DNA of 64,000 bases, from the NCBI RefSeq assembly GCF_009914755.1, contig NC_060934.1, one strand, 5' to 3'. Position 1 is the first letter of the stretch, and each line of letters starts with the position of its first letter. Below the pieces are notes generated by a model. The model worked only from the letters and a program-made list of their open reading frames with translations. It was not told the DNA's origin and did not search any database. The stretch is from the human T2T-CHM13v2.0 reference genome, Homo sapiens. A program made the translations under genes and the position numbers. Of this stretch, positions 17,757 to 30,442 are shown piece after piece.

Positions 17757-18773
17757 TTACAATTTGGCATGATTTTGCAGTGGCTGGTACCGGTTGTTCC
17801 TTTCCATGTTTAGCGCTTCCTTCAGGAGCTCTTTTAGTGCAGGCCTGGTGGTGACAAAATCTCTCAGCATTTGCTTGTCTGTAAAGGATTTTATTTCTCC
17901 TTCACTTATGAAGGTTAGTTTGGCTGGATATGAAATTCTGGGTTGAAAATTCTTTTCTTTAAGAATGTTGAATATTGGCCCCCACTCTCTTCTGGCTTAT
18001 AGAGTTTCTGCTGAGAGATCCGCTGTTAGTGTGATGGGCTTCCCTTTGAGGGTAACCCGACCTTTCTCTCTGGCTGCCCTTAACATTTTTTCGTTAATTT
18101 CAACTTTGGTGAATCTGACAATTATGTGTCTTGGAGTTGCTCTTCTCGAGGAGTATCTTTGTGGCGTTCTCTGTATTTCCTGAATCTGAATGTTGGCCTG
18201 CCTTGCTAGATTGGGGAAGTTCTCCTGGATAATATCCTGCAGAGTGTTTTCCAACTTGGTTCCATTCTCCCTGTCACTTTCAGGTACACCAATCAGACGT
18301 AGATTTAGTCTTTTCACATAGTCTCATATTTCTTGGAGGCTTTGTTCGTTTCTTTTTATTCTTTTTTCTCTAAACTTCCCTTCTCACTTCATTTCATTCA
18401 TTTCATCTTCCATCACTGATACCCTTTCTTCCAGTTGATCGCATCGGCTCCTGAGGCTTCTGCATTCTTTACGTAGTTCTCAAGCCTTGGCTTTCAGCTC
18501 CATCAGCTCCTTTAAGCACTTCTCTGTATTGGTTATTCTAGTTATACATTCGTCTAAATTTTTTTCAAAGTTTTCAACTTCTTTGCCTTTGGTTTGAATT
18601 TCCTCCTGTAGCTTGGAGTAGTTTGATCGTCTGAAGCCTTCTTCTCTCAACTCGTCAAAGTCATTCTCCGTCCAGCTTTGTTCCATTGCTGGTGAGGAGC
18701 TGCGTTCCTTTGGAGGAGGAGAGGCGCTCTGCTTTTTAGAGTTTCCAGTTTTTCTGCTCTGTTTTTTCCCCAT
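17757..18773 (-). pseudogene. Disabled L1 ORF1 (RNA-binding protein)
   Basis: MGKKQSRKTGNSK start; span is the canonical 1017 nt; premature stop at 18480-18482. Confidence 0.95.
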
Positions 18774-19381
18774 CTTTGTGGTTTTATCTACTTTTGGTCT
18801 TTGATGATGGTGATGTATAGATGGGTTTTTGGTGTGGATGTCCTTTCCATTTGTTAGTTTTCCTTCTAACAGACAGGACCCTCAGCTGCAGGTGTGTTGG
18901 AGTTTTCTAGAGGTCCACTCCAGACCCTGTTTGCCTGGGTACCAGCAGCGGTGGCTGCAGAACAGTGGATTTTCGTGAACCGCGAATGCTGCTGTCTGAT
19001 CGTTCCTCTGGAAGTTTTGTCTCAGAGGAGTACCCGGCTGTGTGAGGTGTCAGTCTGCCCCTACTGGGGGGTGCCTCCCAGTTAGGCTGCTTGGGGGTCA
19101 GGGGTCAGGGACCCACTTGAGGAGGCAGTCTGCCCGTTCTCAGATCTTCAGCTGTGTGCTGGGAGAACCACTGCTCTCTTCAAAACTGTCAGACAGGGAC
19201 ATTTAAGTCTGCAGAGGTTACTGCTGTCTTTTTGTTGGTCTGTGCCCTGCCGCCAGAGGTGGAGCCTACAGAGGCAGCTCTAGCACATTCTATACAGCTT
19301 TCACTTGATTGTTCAGAGCCCCCGATTCCAATGGGTCATGGTGAGCTTTGGACTGGAGGCTATGTGCAACAGCTTCAGGCA

Positions 19382-19844
19382 TGTATTAGTCCATTCTCAC
19401 ATTGCTATAAATACCTGGAACTGGGTAATTGATAAAGAACAGAGGTTTCATTGGCTCATGGTTCTGCATGAGCAGAACCTAAGCTAGACACTAAGCTTTC
19501 TCCTACAAAATTGACATGAAGCATGACAGGAAGCATGAGGCTGGCATCTGCTTGGCTTCTGGGGAGGCCTCAGGAAGCTTATAGTTGTAGTGGAGGGTGA
19601 AGAGAAAGCAGGCATCTCACATGGCCAGAGCAGGAATAAGAGAGTTAGTGGGGAGGTACTACACACTTTTAAATGACCAGATCTCACAAGAACTCACTAT
19701 CACAAGGACAGCACCAAGAGGATGGTGCTAAACTATTCATGAGAAATCCACCCCATGATTTAATCACTCCCCACCAGACCCCACCTCCAACACTGGAGGT
19801 TACAATTCAACATGAGATTTGGGTGGAAGCACAGATCCATATCA
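19382..19844 (-). mobile_element. MST (MaLR) solo LTR
   Basis: TGTATTAGTCC...ATATCA termini and MSTA/B internal motifs; 5-bp TSD AGGCA at 19377-19381 and 19845-19849. Confidence 0.9.
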
Positions 19845-20259
19845 AGGCACATGCACAAATACCATGTATCAAGTACTTACCTTACCTTGTGTCAGGCACT
19901 GTGCTAGTCACTTTTACATGGGATAGTTTATTAAAGACCCCGTAACTACAAGTGAGATGCTAATCCTACCTTCACGTGTCAGAAGAACCTGCATTTAGGA
20001 CAGCTTAAATTGTCCTCACTTATACACTACATCCCTAGTCCACCAAGGTCATGTTCTTGTTTAAGGAAAATATATTCCTTCAGGTAAGAATGTCCAAGTA
20101 TTCTTGGGAATGTCTGTGTCTTCCTCAGTGGCCACATAGCCATAAAAGGACTTCTTCTGCCCATGGAATTTAGGAAGAATTCATCTCTTAGGTACGTAAA
20201 ATTGTATACTTGCTCTGGAAATGAAGAAAGGGTCTCTTAGCTAATAATTAGCTTATTAC

Positions 20260-20450
20260 AAGGTAAGTACTTTACAGATATTATACATTGATCTTCAAAA
20301 CAAATCTACAAGACAGCCTGTTATTATCTTCATTTTACAGAAGAGGAAACCAGAGCACAGAAAGGTTAAGTGAAATGCCCGAAGTCACACAACTGATAAA
20401 TGGTCAAATTGGGATCCAAGCCCAGGCAGCTCTGAGTCATTGACATTACT
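20260..20450 (-). mobile_element. MIR
   Basis: Core CATTTTACAGAAGAGGAAACCAGAGCACAGAAAGGTTAAGTGA. Confidence 0.8.
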
Positions 20451-23226
20451 CTGTCCTAGAAGGCACTCGACAGAAAGGGGGTTTGTGCTTCCTCCATCCC
20501 ACCCAGCTTCTGAATGGTCCAGGCCCCTGACTGCATTGCCACGAAAAGGCCTCAGAAAAATGTCTGTGCATGCATCAAGACTGCAAGCCAGATCCAAAAT
20601 GTATCAGGTCTCCTTTATGGGGAATAGTGAGAAGCAAATGGAAATAGATTGTCTTCCTGCTTGGGACTGTTAACACAGCAGCCAAACTGAACTGAAAATA
20701 TTTTATTTTATTTTATGAGAATTTTAATGAGAATATTTTATTCTCATTATACTTTGCTAGAAGTTGCCTTCTAGAGGGATTTCTTTGGGCTTTTATTTTG
20801 AATTCTAATAAAGAATACCTTGACTACAAATTTGGCCTTGAGATGTCATTTAATGAGGAGTCAAGATTTTAGTTTCTGGTAGAAAACTGGACACTAAGCT
20901 TTCTCCTACGAAATTGACATTCTTTGTGCCAACCTTTTAACACTCTCCAAGGGTACCTTCTAGTGGCTTAATAAAATCATCGCTATGATGATGTACTACA
21001 TACTTATGGAAAGCAAGGTTATTTTATTAAGAGACATTATGCTTTGTATAGGGAGTTAGATGGTGCAAGTAATTTAAGATAACAAAGGTCCTCATTTTGT
21101 CCCAGAATTGGCTTTTCTTGCTGATTCAGCTTTGGAACCTGTGCCTGTTGAACAAAGAAGGAAGGCAGAGAGCATTTTAACGTCACCTGGTGTCTAGGTG
21201 CCTCTGAAGTCAATGGGAGCGCTGTCTGCAGAGATGCTGCGGCACCATTATGGTGTTAATGGTACTATATTCTTTGGCCATTAGTGTGCACTGCTCAAAT
21301 CTCTGCAAAATGCTAATAACTGCAGCTCTCTGGGGTTCTCCAAGTAATGGGCCTGTGAAAATTCATGTCCAGCCTCCAAATCAAGTTACTCCAGGACCTC
21401 TGTTGCAAGTGTATTTCCCCTAATGCTCCCCTACCTCTCTTATGTGTCAGGAGTTTCTCAGAAAAAGAACTGATTCTGAGGATAGAAGCAAAGAGGGGTA
21501 GGGGGGTTGCTTTCTGGGAAGATCCTGCTTGGCTATGAAAACATCATCTTGGGATGTGGCCACATCAGAGCTGGGGGCTGCAGCCACTCTGGGGCCACTG
21601 ATGAGTATTGAGCCTGGGAGAGGCAGGCAAGAGAATGTGGTTCAGTTATTGGAGGTCAAAGTTAGAAGGGGTAAGACAGCAACCCGTTTTCAGAGATCTG
21701 GCCAACAGTAGATCAGGAACTAGAGACTGACTACTTGTAAGATGATTCCACAGTGAGAAGCTGCACAAGGTGACCTTGAGATTTAGCATTCTACTGTCCA
21801 TCCTTTTGTTAAGTCTCTTGCTCAGAGGTATAAGCCAGCTTCTCTGCTGGTTCCTAACTAGGTCTATCAAATGCCTTGCAATGTGTCCCCACTTCCTGGG
21901 ATATGGCCTAGCTCATGGAAGCCTCTTAAAGAAGCATCCCTGGTAGCCCAGAAATGCCTGCAAGGTTTTACTTAGCTGGAGGATCACAGGCCTGGTAAGA
22001 AGCTAGGAGAGAAAATGGGCCCTTCCCTCTCCCTTTCAAGGTTGGAGCTAACCTCAGGACCAGCCAGCACCAAGAGAACAGGTAATGGCAGGTAAATCAG
22101 GCCTGTCTGGAAGATAGCTTCCTTTTCCCCAGGGTTTTTCACCAAGAGTTTCTGGGGCCCTGAATTTTCAGGTTCAGGTCCGTCTAGCTCCTGAAATAAT
22201 TCTGGCCAGGTTTGATAGGAACCTTAGCCTGCTGGTAGACAGGCCTGGAGTTGGGGCTGCTGTCGTAGGCTGGTATTCTTAGGCTGTTCTTGGCTTCCCT
22301 GGGCTTTGTCAAAATGGATTCCAGTGCCTTTAACTTTTTGTGTAGCATTCTGTGTGATTCCCTCAGATCTACCTTCCAGTTCAGTAAACTCCTTCTTAGC
22401 TACATTGAAACTGTTCTTTTACAGGTGCACGGTGTTTTTACCTTCAATGATTACAGTTCTTATTTCTATAATTTTTATCTGATTCTTTTTTAAACCTTTT
22501 TTTAATGCAATCTTTCCTAATGATTTCTATATCCTACTTTATATTTTTTAAATGCTTGTATTGTAGTCTCTTCCAACTCGTTCACTCATCTTCAGATTTT
22601 GTTTCACTCACAGTATTTGAGTTATGTGTGTGTTTATGTGTGTAAGTGTGCATGCATGAGTTTCTGTCTGAGATATGGAAGGAACTCAACTTCAGGGGAG
22701 GGGGGCTTTCTCTGGAGTCCGTATACAGTGGGCTGCGACACATCTGCCCTGCTTCTATGCAGCACCCACTGGACATGAAACATTCTCCAGTTAGACTATT
22801 CTTTCCTGAGCGAGGCATTCCGAATCCACATGAGTAGTATAATTTTGGAGTCCACTCCTGCACATGAAATGAAAAGTTGGGTTTTAACTTTATTCACAGT
22901 AGGCATTTTTTTTCCTTCCTAGAGCTTTGGGCCACCCAGAAAGCTTCTTTAATGCCTAACAGGCTATGGGTGAAGTTTTCTGGACCCCTTCTCATAGATC
23001 AGCAGCCCTTTAAGAGTTCTGGCGTTAGGCTGAGATCCCTCTCTAACTCCTCACCTTAAGTGGACTCCAAGCCATATTTCTTCTCTGTGCATGGGAATTA
23101 AATGCCTAGCTTTTAGCCTCCTGGGATGCTGTAGCTTCAAATTTTGATTTGAGTTCACTTTTTGCTTCTGATATGTGGGAGTTTCCTTCCTTTCTTTTGA
23201 TTTTAACTTGCAGTAAAACAACAACA

Positions 23227-23602
<376 letters not shown>

Positions 23603-24190
23603 TCAGCTCAATGCACCACACTGCCAGAAGTCAAGCCCATGCACGCTGTAGTTTCTGGTGGTTGAATTTGACCTTCTGGGTACCCAGTCATTGACAGGGG
23701 TTCTGCTCTGAGCCAGCTAGTAACCTGCAGCGACAGCATGCTGCCCACTGCCTTTGAGCAACACTGCACCTGGGCCTTCTGAGGTCTGATCATATTTGTG
23801 GCTCTGTCGGTGTCAGCCAAATTATGATGACTTTCCCTTCCTCTGCGTGGCCAGCTAACCACCTTCTGCAGAACCGCCACTGAGGGAACAGGGAGGAAAG
23901 GGAGCGTCTTCATTTTCTCTTTAGGAAGCTTGGCTGGAACAGGAATATTTCACCATTTAGAACCTCATAACTTTTGCGGGGCATGGGCGGGTCACAAATC
24001 CTTTTGGGGATCCAAAAAAAATGATGTATCCTGCCCAGAGCACAAAAGCACACCCACAGAAACTTCCACATGGACTTCAGGAAATCATGAACCCCCAAAT
24101 CCCATGTTAAGAACTTCTGTCTGGAGGCTATCAGTTTCCTTTGTGAACTGGAAATCTTAGTTTGCTAGCTTTATCAAATCATCTCTAGTG

Positions 24191-24500
24191 GGCTGGGTGC
24201 AGTGGCTCACACCTGTAATCCCAACACTTTGGGAAGCTGAGATGGGAGGATAGCTTGGGGCCAGGAGTTTAAGAGCAGCCTGGATGACATAGCGGGACAT
24301 CTGTCTCCACACACAAAATATTAAAAATTAGCCAGGTGTGGTGGTGTGTGTCTGTAGTCCCAGCTACTCAGGATGCTGAGGTGGGAGGATAGCTTGAGGT
24401 CATGGGTTTGAGGCTGCAGTGAACTATGATGGTGCTACTATACTCCAGCCTGGGCACCAGAGCAAGACCCTGTCTCTAAAAACAAAAGCAAAACAAAAAA
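24191..24500 (+). mobile_element. Alu (AluJ-like)
   Basis: Dimer; AAATCA..CTAGTG on both flanks. Confidence 0.9.
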
Positions 24501-24929
24501 CCCACAAATCACCCCTAGTGAAAAACCGTGTTAAAGTGAGAATCTGACATACTAACAATCTTTTCATGGTACACTCAGTTGCTGGCATCTTGAAATACAA
24601 CAATGGCACCAACAAGAATGTAGATAATTAGTGACAATTTCCTAATCAATATTTTTCTTCCTCCAAGTGCTTTTTATTAAGTAATATAATATCGCCAGCG
24701 CATAATTTCCTCCTTTTTGACTCAAACTTATGTCATCTCTGGGGCAGAAGAAATCTTATGAAACAAGACAGAACTGAGGTGACATGGCAGCAATAAAGCG
24801 GGATGCTAGATTCCTTTTCTGGGTTTGGGATCTGGCTTTGCTACTCATTTTCTAGTGACTTTGGGAAATACCCAGTCTTCTCAGGCTTCTTTTTTCCTTA
24901 TCTGTAAAGTGAGGAAGTTGGACTAGATC

Positions 24930-25445
24930 GGAGGCTGGCCGATCTAGCCTGCAGCCCATTTTTGTAAATGAAGTTTTGTTGGGACACAGCCATGCTCATT
25001 CGTTGCTGCATTATCTATGGCTGCTTTCTCCTACCATTGTCAGAGTTGAGGAGCTGTGACAGAGACCAATGTCCTGCAAAGCCTGAAATGTTTACTATTG
25101 AGGCCAGGCACAGTGGTTCATGCCTATAATCCCAGCACTTTGGGAGGCCGAGGCGGGCAGATCACCTGAGGTCAGGAGTTTGAGACCAGCCTGGCCAACA
25201 TGGCGAAACCCCCTCTCTACTAAAAATACAAAAATTAACCGGGCATGGTGGCATGTGCCTGTAGTCCCAGCTACTCGGGGAGGCTGAGGCAGGAGAATCT
25301 CTTGAACTCAGGAGGCACAGGATGCAGTGAGCTGATATCATGCCACTGTACTCTACCCTGGGCAACAGAGCAAGACTCCGTCTCAAAAAAAAAAAAAAAG
25401 AAATATTTATTATTAGTCCTTTACAGAAAAGTTTGCCTGCCTTTG
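24930..25445 (+). mobile_element. MER58-like hAT-Charlie element split by an Alu
   Basis: TTTTGTAAATGAAGTTTTGTTGGGACACAGCCATGCTCATTCG...CAAAGCCTGAAATGTTTACTAT, resuming after the Alu as CCTTTACAGAAAAGTTTGCC. Confidence 0.75.
25102..25399 (+). mobile_element. Alu (AluSx-like)
   Basis: Dimer with GATCACCTGAGGTCAGGAG and poly-A. Confidence 0.95.
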
Positions 25446-26992
25446 GCCCAGATGATCTCTCCGTCCCTTCCCACCTGTTGATGATCTGTGACTCCCAGAG
25501 GCAGAGGGAATATTACCCAACCCAATTTAAGGGCAGACATGGAATCGAAATACTGGTAGATGAGCCAAGACAAAAACCCCTCTACTGTTTTGTTAACACA
25601 GCTCCCTTAGTAACTGCTGCTTAGGGAAGTCTATTAAAGAGTCAAGTGGAATTACTTAAAACAATCAGTCTTCCTTTGTGCTCAAACTTGCTTCATAATC
25701 CAGACAGTCACTGATTCAGAATGGTTTTTTCTACCTAGTGTACCTAAATCAGTGAGGTTTTTTTTTGTAAAAGTCACCCTGATAATATACATTAATAAAC
25801 ATGATTAAGTTTAGGAAATAACCGACAGAAGAGCACATACAATCCTTTTTACCCAACTCAAATTCTGTTTTGAAATGAACTCCACCATAAGCCAGTCCAC
25901 AAAGCAAGCAAGCCCTTCTGATATGGATGGTGAGGGCAGTGTTCACCTGTGCGTGAACTTTCTGGGCTGAACATTCCACAGACTGATATATTCTTATGAT
26001 TCATGTTGCCTGAACCATGCTTTTCAAACATCGTGAGCTGAGAAGTCACTGCACCACAAGGGCACAGCTACAATGGCAATTGTCCCAGGGGCTTGGGTTT
26101 CCCAGAAAGTCAGCATCCAGCAATCTCATTAGATTGGAATGGATCTTTTTTTTTTCCCCCAATTGCCTTTCCTATTCCTCGTCACTTAATTCATCCAAGA
26201 AGGGGTTATTTGGAGCTAAGTAGCTATCAAGGTTTTTTTTCCCAAAATTAGCATATTTCAAAGAGCTAAGCCTCTACATTAAGTGCTGAGAAAATAAGCC
26301 AGAGGCTAGTCTTACAGATGCTCAAAATTTCAGGTCCAGAAGAACAGGAAAATCCTCCTACTATTGATATAAATTTACTCTTTCAATCTATCTCAACCAT
26401 CACACTACAATTTCTCTTTTCTCATCTAACAGCATCTCTGCCTACTGTCCCTTTAGTGCTTTGGAGCAGTGGAAATCATAAATTATAGCAACGGGCCGTT
26501 TCCTAACTGACCGTGAGAAGCGCTTTTCAAACAGCTTGGAAAAATCTCTCCCTTCTGCCATTTTGTTTTAATGGTAGGTAGCAAACGGAACAAACAGTCC
26601 CAAATGAATGACTGTCTCAAATGAGATGACAAGGAATGTAGTGTATGAATTCCTCTCCACTTCCTCAAAATCAAAGGGAGTTTGGATCCCAACCCAAAGC
26701 CACTGGGGTCCCCCGGGGTCAGAACTAGAGTTGAGGTTATAAACCCATGATTCCCAGAGGTGCCCACACTCCAGTGGGGCAGAGTGATCACAATGGAAAG
26801 TCAAGTGACTCCTGAGTAGCTTGGAGAGCGCTGGTTCCTTCCCTGAGCCTGGATATTAGATAAACTGGGCCCCAACTCCCAACTTTGGAAACCTGGGAGA
26901 TTTCTTGGTTAGCTTCACTGTTGTTGTTCCTGCTTCATAACTTACCTTCTGCTCCTTCATGGCTGCCGCAAGAGATTTGACCTCATCACATA

Positions 26993-27272
26993 TTTTTTTT
27001 TATCTTTTGAGACAGGGTTACCCAGGCTGGAGTATGGTGGTATGATCATAGCTCACTGCAGTCTCAAACTCCTGGGCTCAGGCAATCTTCCCAGGTAGCT
27101 GGCACTACCAGAACATGCCACCATGCCTGGATGATTTTTGTTTTAAATTTTTTGTAGAATGGGGTCTCACCCATGTTGTCCAGGCTGGTCTTGAGCTCTT
27201 GGCCTTGGGTGTTTCTCCAGCCTCGGCCTCCCAAGGTGCTGGGAGTACAGGTGGGAGCCACTGCACCTGGCC
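26993..27272 (-). mobile_element. Alu (AluJ-like, degenerate)
   Basis: Antisense Alu dimer with small deletions. Confidence 0.85.
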
Positions 27273-30145
27273 AACATTTTTACTTTTTTTGTTTGTTTGT
27301 TTGTTTGTTTTTCTGGAAAAGTCCACGCACTATTTCATTCATCTTTCACAGCATTTTTCTGCCTTGCTCCTGGAGCCTCTGCTGTAATTCCTTTCTCCAG
27401 AAATCACAACTTACGGCCTCTCTCTCTTCCAGAAGGACCCTTGCCCCTGACAACTTCTTACACTGATTCTTGTTTTTTCTCATGGGTCATGGCTCCATCT
27501 TCTGCTCTCTGCCCACTGTCTCATCTCAATCCTCATTCTAGCTAAAAAGAATTCTTGATCTCTTTTGCCATGGTGGGGGTTGGGGGACAAAAACAACTAG
27601 AGGAATTGCCTAGAAGAAGAGGTATTGCCCACAGCTTGTTTCGTTTTTGTTTTTTTGGTGGGGGGCAGGGAAAAGGCAAGTAGCTAAGATGTGGCTCAGA
27701 GAAAGTTCTTGTGATCAGCATCACAGTCCATTGCTTCTCAGCCCTTGGATTTCTTTCCTTTTTCTAGTAAAGAAATGTTTGCATTGCCTTGTTTGGAACT
27801 GGAATATTGGTCTTGCCCAAAGCCCTGCTATGACGTTCTTAGTTCCAGTGTTTATCTCCAAGCAAATCTCTGTTCTATATTTTGCTTCACTGTTTATGTT
27901 TTCTTATTCAACTTCCTGGTCTAAGCTCTGTAGAATTCACCTTTAGCTTAATCCAGTTGTAATACTTTCTAAATTAAGTGCTGGCAGTTCCTAAAATACA
28001 AACACCAAATTTACAAATGTCCCTTACACAAAGATGGCTGCCCTTTTTTACTTCTGGGTGGTATCACCAGAACGGTTGGAAGGAATTCTTTCTTTTCTGT
28101 GAACTTTTGGCAGCAAGAGGAGAATTTCTCACAGCCAGGTTTTTGAGTGAGGACTAATTTCCCAGAGAAACCATTGCCCATGGTGGTCTAGCTCCCAGAC
28201 TAGCCCACCAAAAAAAAACCATTTAATCCACAATGTAGCTGAAAAAGTGTGGAAAAAAAAAGGCAGTGGATAAAGCTGTTTTTGCTCATGTGTAGGATTT
28301 CATTTTCATTAGGGGTTAAATTTGCACAGCCACATTTATTACAATGTTTCTATGGGAAAATGTTTGCTCCAGCTTCCAAAAATTGATTTACAAATAAACT
28401 CTTGGAAGAAAAATCCAGTCTAAATTTAGAACTTCCTATATTAGCTCTAGTTTTCAGCACATATTTTTCCTTTTGTTTGCACAAGTCATCTGGGGACGGC
28501 TTTACTGGGGTTGTGTCTCTGCAGGTAAGCCAAAGGCGTGAGGCCGACACCTGTCTGGGGTGAGCCACCCAAGTGTACCACATCGAGGAGAGGGCCTCTG
28601 TAGCTTGCAAAAGGAGGTTTGGTTTCAATTTGGACTGCATTTTCTGGATTACTATAAATGCTGTCATCACTCTGCCTGTGTAGGAAGAACATTAGCTCAA
28701 TTTCGTAAGCAAATTCTCCCTTTATACCTTCTCAATCAGCCAATGTGTTGCGAATGTGAGTCTTCCCTAAACATTACAAACCCAAACTCCAAATTGGTAC
28801 ATCCAGGAGTGATTCTCTACAGTAAGATGGAATTAATAAAAACTGGATTTCCCAAGAAAAATTCCTACTGCAGCCAGCTTGACCCTATGAGGACGTGGGC
28901 TTGGAGCCTTTCTTCTGGTATGTTCCCTTAAGGAACAGAGCTGTTTCTTGTGTCTAATCTCAACTGAAAAGGATTCCTTGTGTAGGTTGTTCTCCGGACA
29001 CAAGCCTGGTTTCTGGGCCAGCTGCTCTAGGGGTACCTGCTCCCTATGCCAAATCACCACAATACTCAAGCTGTACTTTCAACGGGCACTGTAGTTCTTT
29101 TGTTCAGGAGGGTTGTAAGTGGCATTTTATTTAAGCAATAATGACTGCTAGAGAGGGCATTTCCTAATACTTAATGGCCAACTGGAGGGATTGTGGGCCT
29201 GAGGCAATGCATATAATATGCTATTAAACTCTGAAATTTAAAAATGTAAAGAAAAAATAATTACCTTCTTATGCATGTTACCATGGATACTGAGTTTTGT
29301 TTAGTTTTAGTCTTTTCCTAGAGGTTAAAGTCCAGTTTAACAACCAATAGAAAATAAGCACTTCAGTCTTAATTTCCACTCTCTTTATAATGCTTGACAT
29401 TACCTAGTTAGTGTATGTTTCTTTAAGAAGGTACACATCACCCCTGAAATAGGATATGTAACATATGATGCAGATTGCCATGGTAAGTATTCATATTTTA
29501 TTGCAGAATTTGGCAATCAGTATTTAAAATCAGCTAACCTTGTAGATAATCATGTTCTGTTCCCCCCGAATGGCACTAACTTTCATACCATTCTTTCTCC
29601 CCCAAAGAATGATTCATTTTTCAGCCCTCAAATTGCATGCACATATTTTATGCATTAGTGCCAGAAACACTTTTTTCAGTGGAATCTATTATTACAGTGC
29701 ATAACTCAGAGATTAACATTTTAGTATGAAGGAGGAAATACCCAGAAAAGCACCTAATACTCCAGAATTTACACGGTAACTGTTTGTTCTATACTTTTAA
29801 AAATCTTCAAACACTTTTTCTTTTCTAACTCTTACAGAAAGGTAAGACTTAATTGAATCAGTTTTATAACTCTGCAGAGGTGCTGGCCCAAGTTAATACA
29901 ACTAACTCCTTACTGTTGATTCTAGGGACAAAAGAACTCTTAGGAAAATTTAGAATCTTAATTACATTTATAACTTCACATTTCATCCCACAAATATTTT
30001 TTCCTACCATTAGATTGATCAGCTTTTATTTTTATTTTATCATAATAAGTGTATACTATAGCATCCCTTTATCAAATACATAATACAGAAACACCATTCC
30101 TCCCTTCCTTCATTCATTCATTTATTACCTATTAAGTATTTTTTT

Positions 30146-30442
30146 GACCAGGTGCGGTGGCTCACACCTGTAATCCCAGCATTTTGGGAGGCAGAGGCAG
30201 GTAGATCACTTGAGGTCAGGAATTCGAGACCAGCCTGGTCAACATAGTAAAACCCCATCTGTACTAAAAATACAAAAAATAACCAGGAATGGTGATGGAC
30301 ACCTGTAATCCCATCTATTGGGGAGGCAGCCAGGTGAATCGTTTGAACCCCAGAGGTGGAGGTTGCAGTGAACTGAGGTGGCGTCATTGCACTCCAGCCT
30401 GGGTGACAGAGCCAGACTCCATCTCGGGAAAAAAAAAAAAAA
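30146..30442 (+). mobile_element. Alu (AluS-like) inserted in an L2 fragment
   Basis: Dimer and poly-A; AAGTATTTTT on both flanks; L2-type CATTCATTCATT upstream. Confidence 0.92.

Noticed and set aside
21445-21720. Possible old LTR fragment
   Set aside because: Too degenerate to assign without an HMM search.
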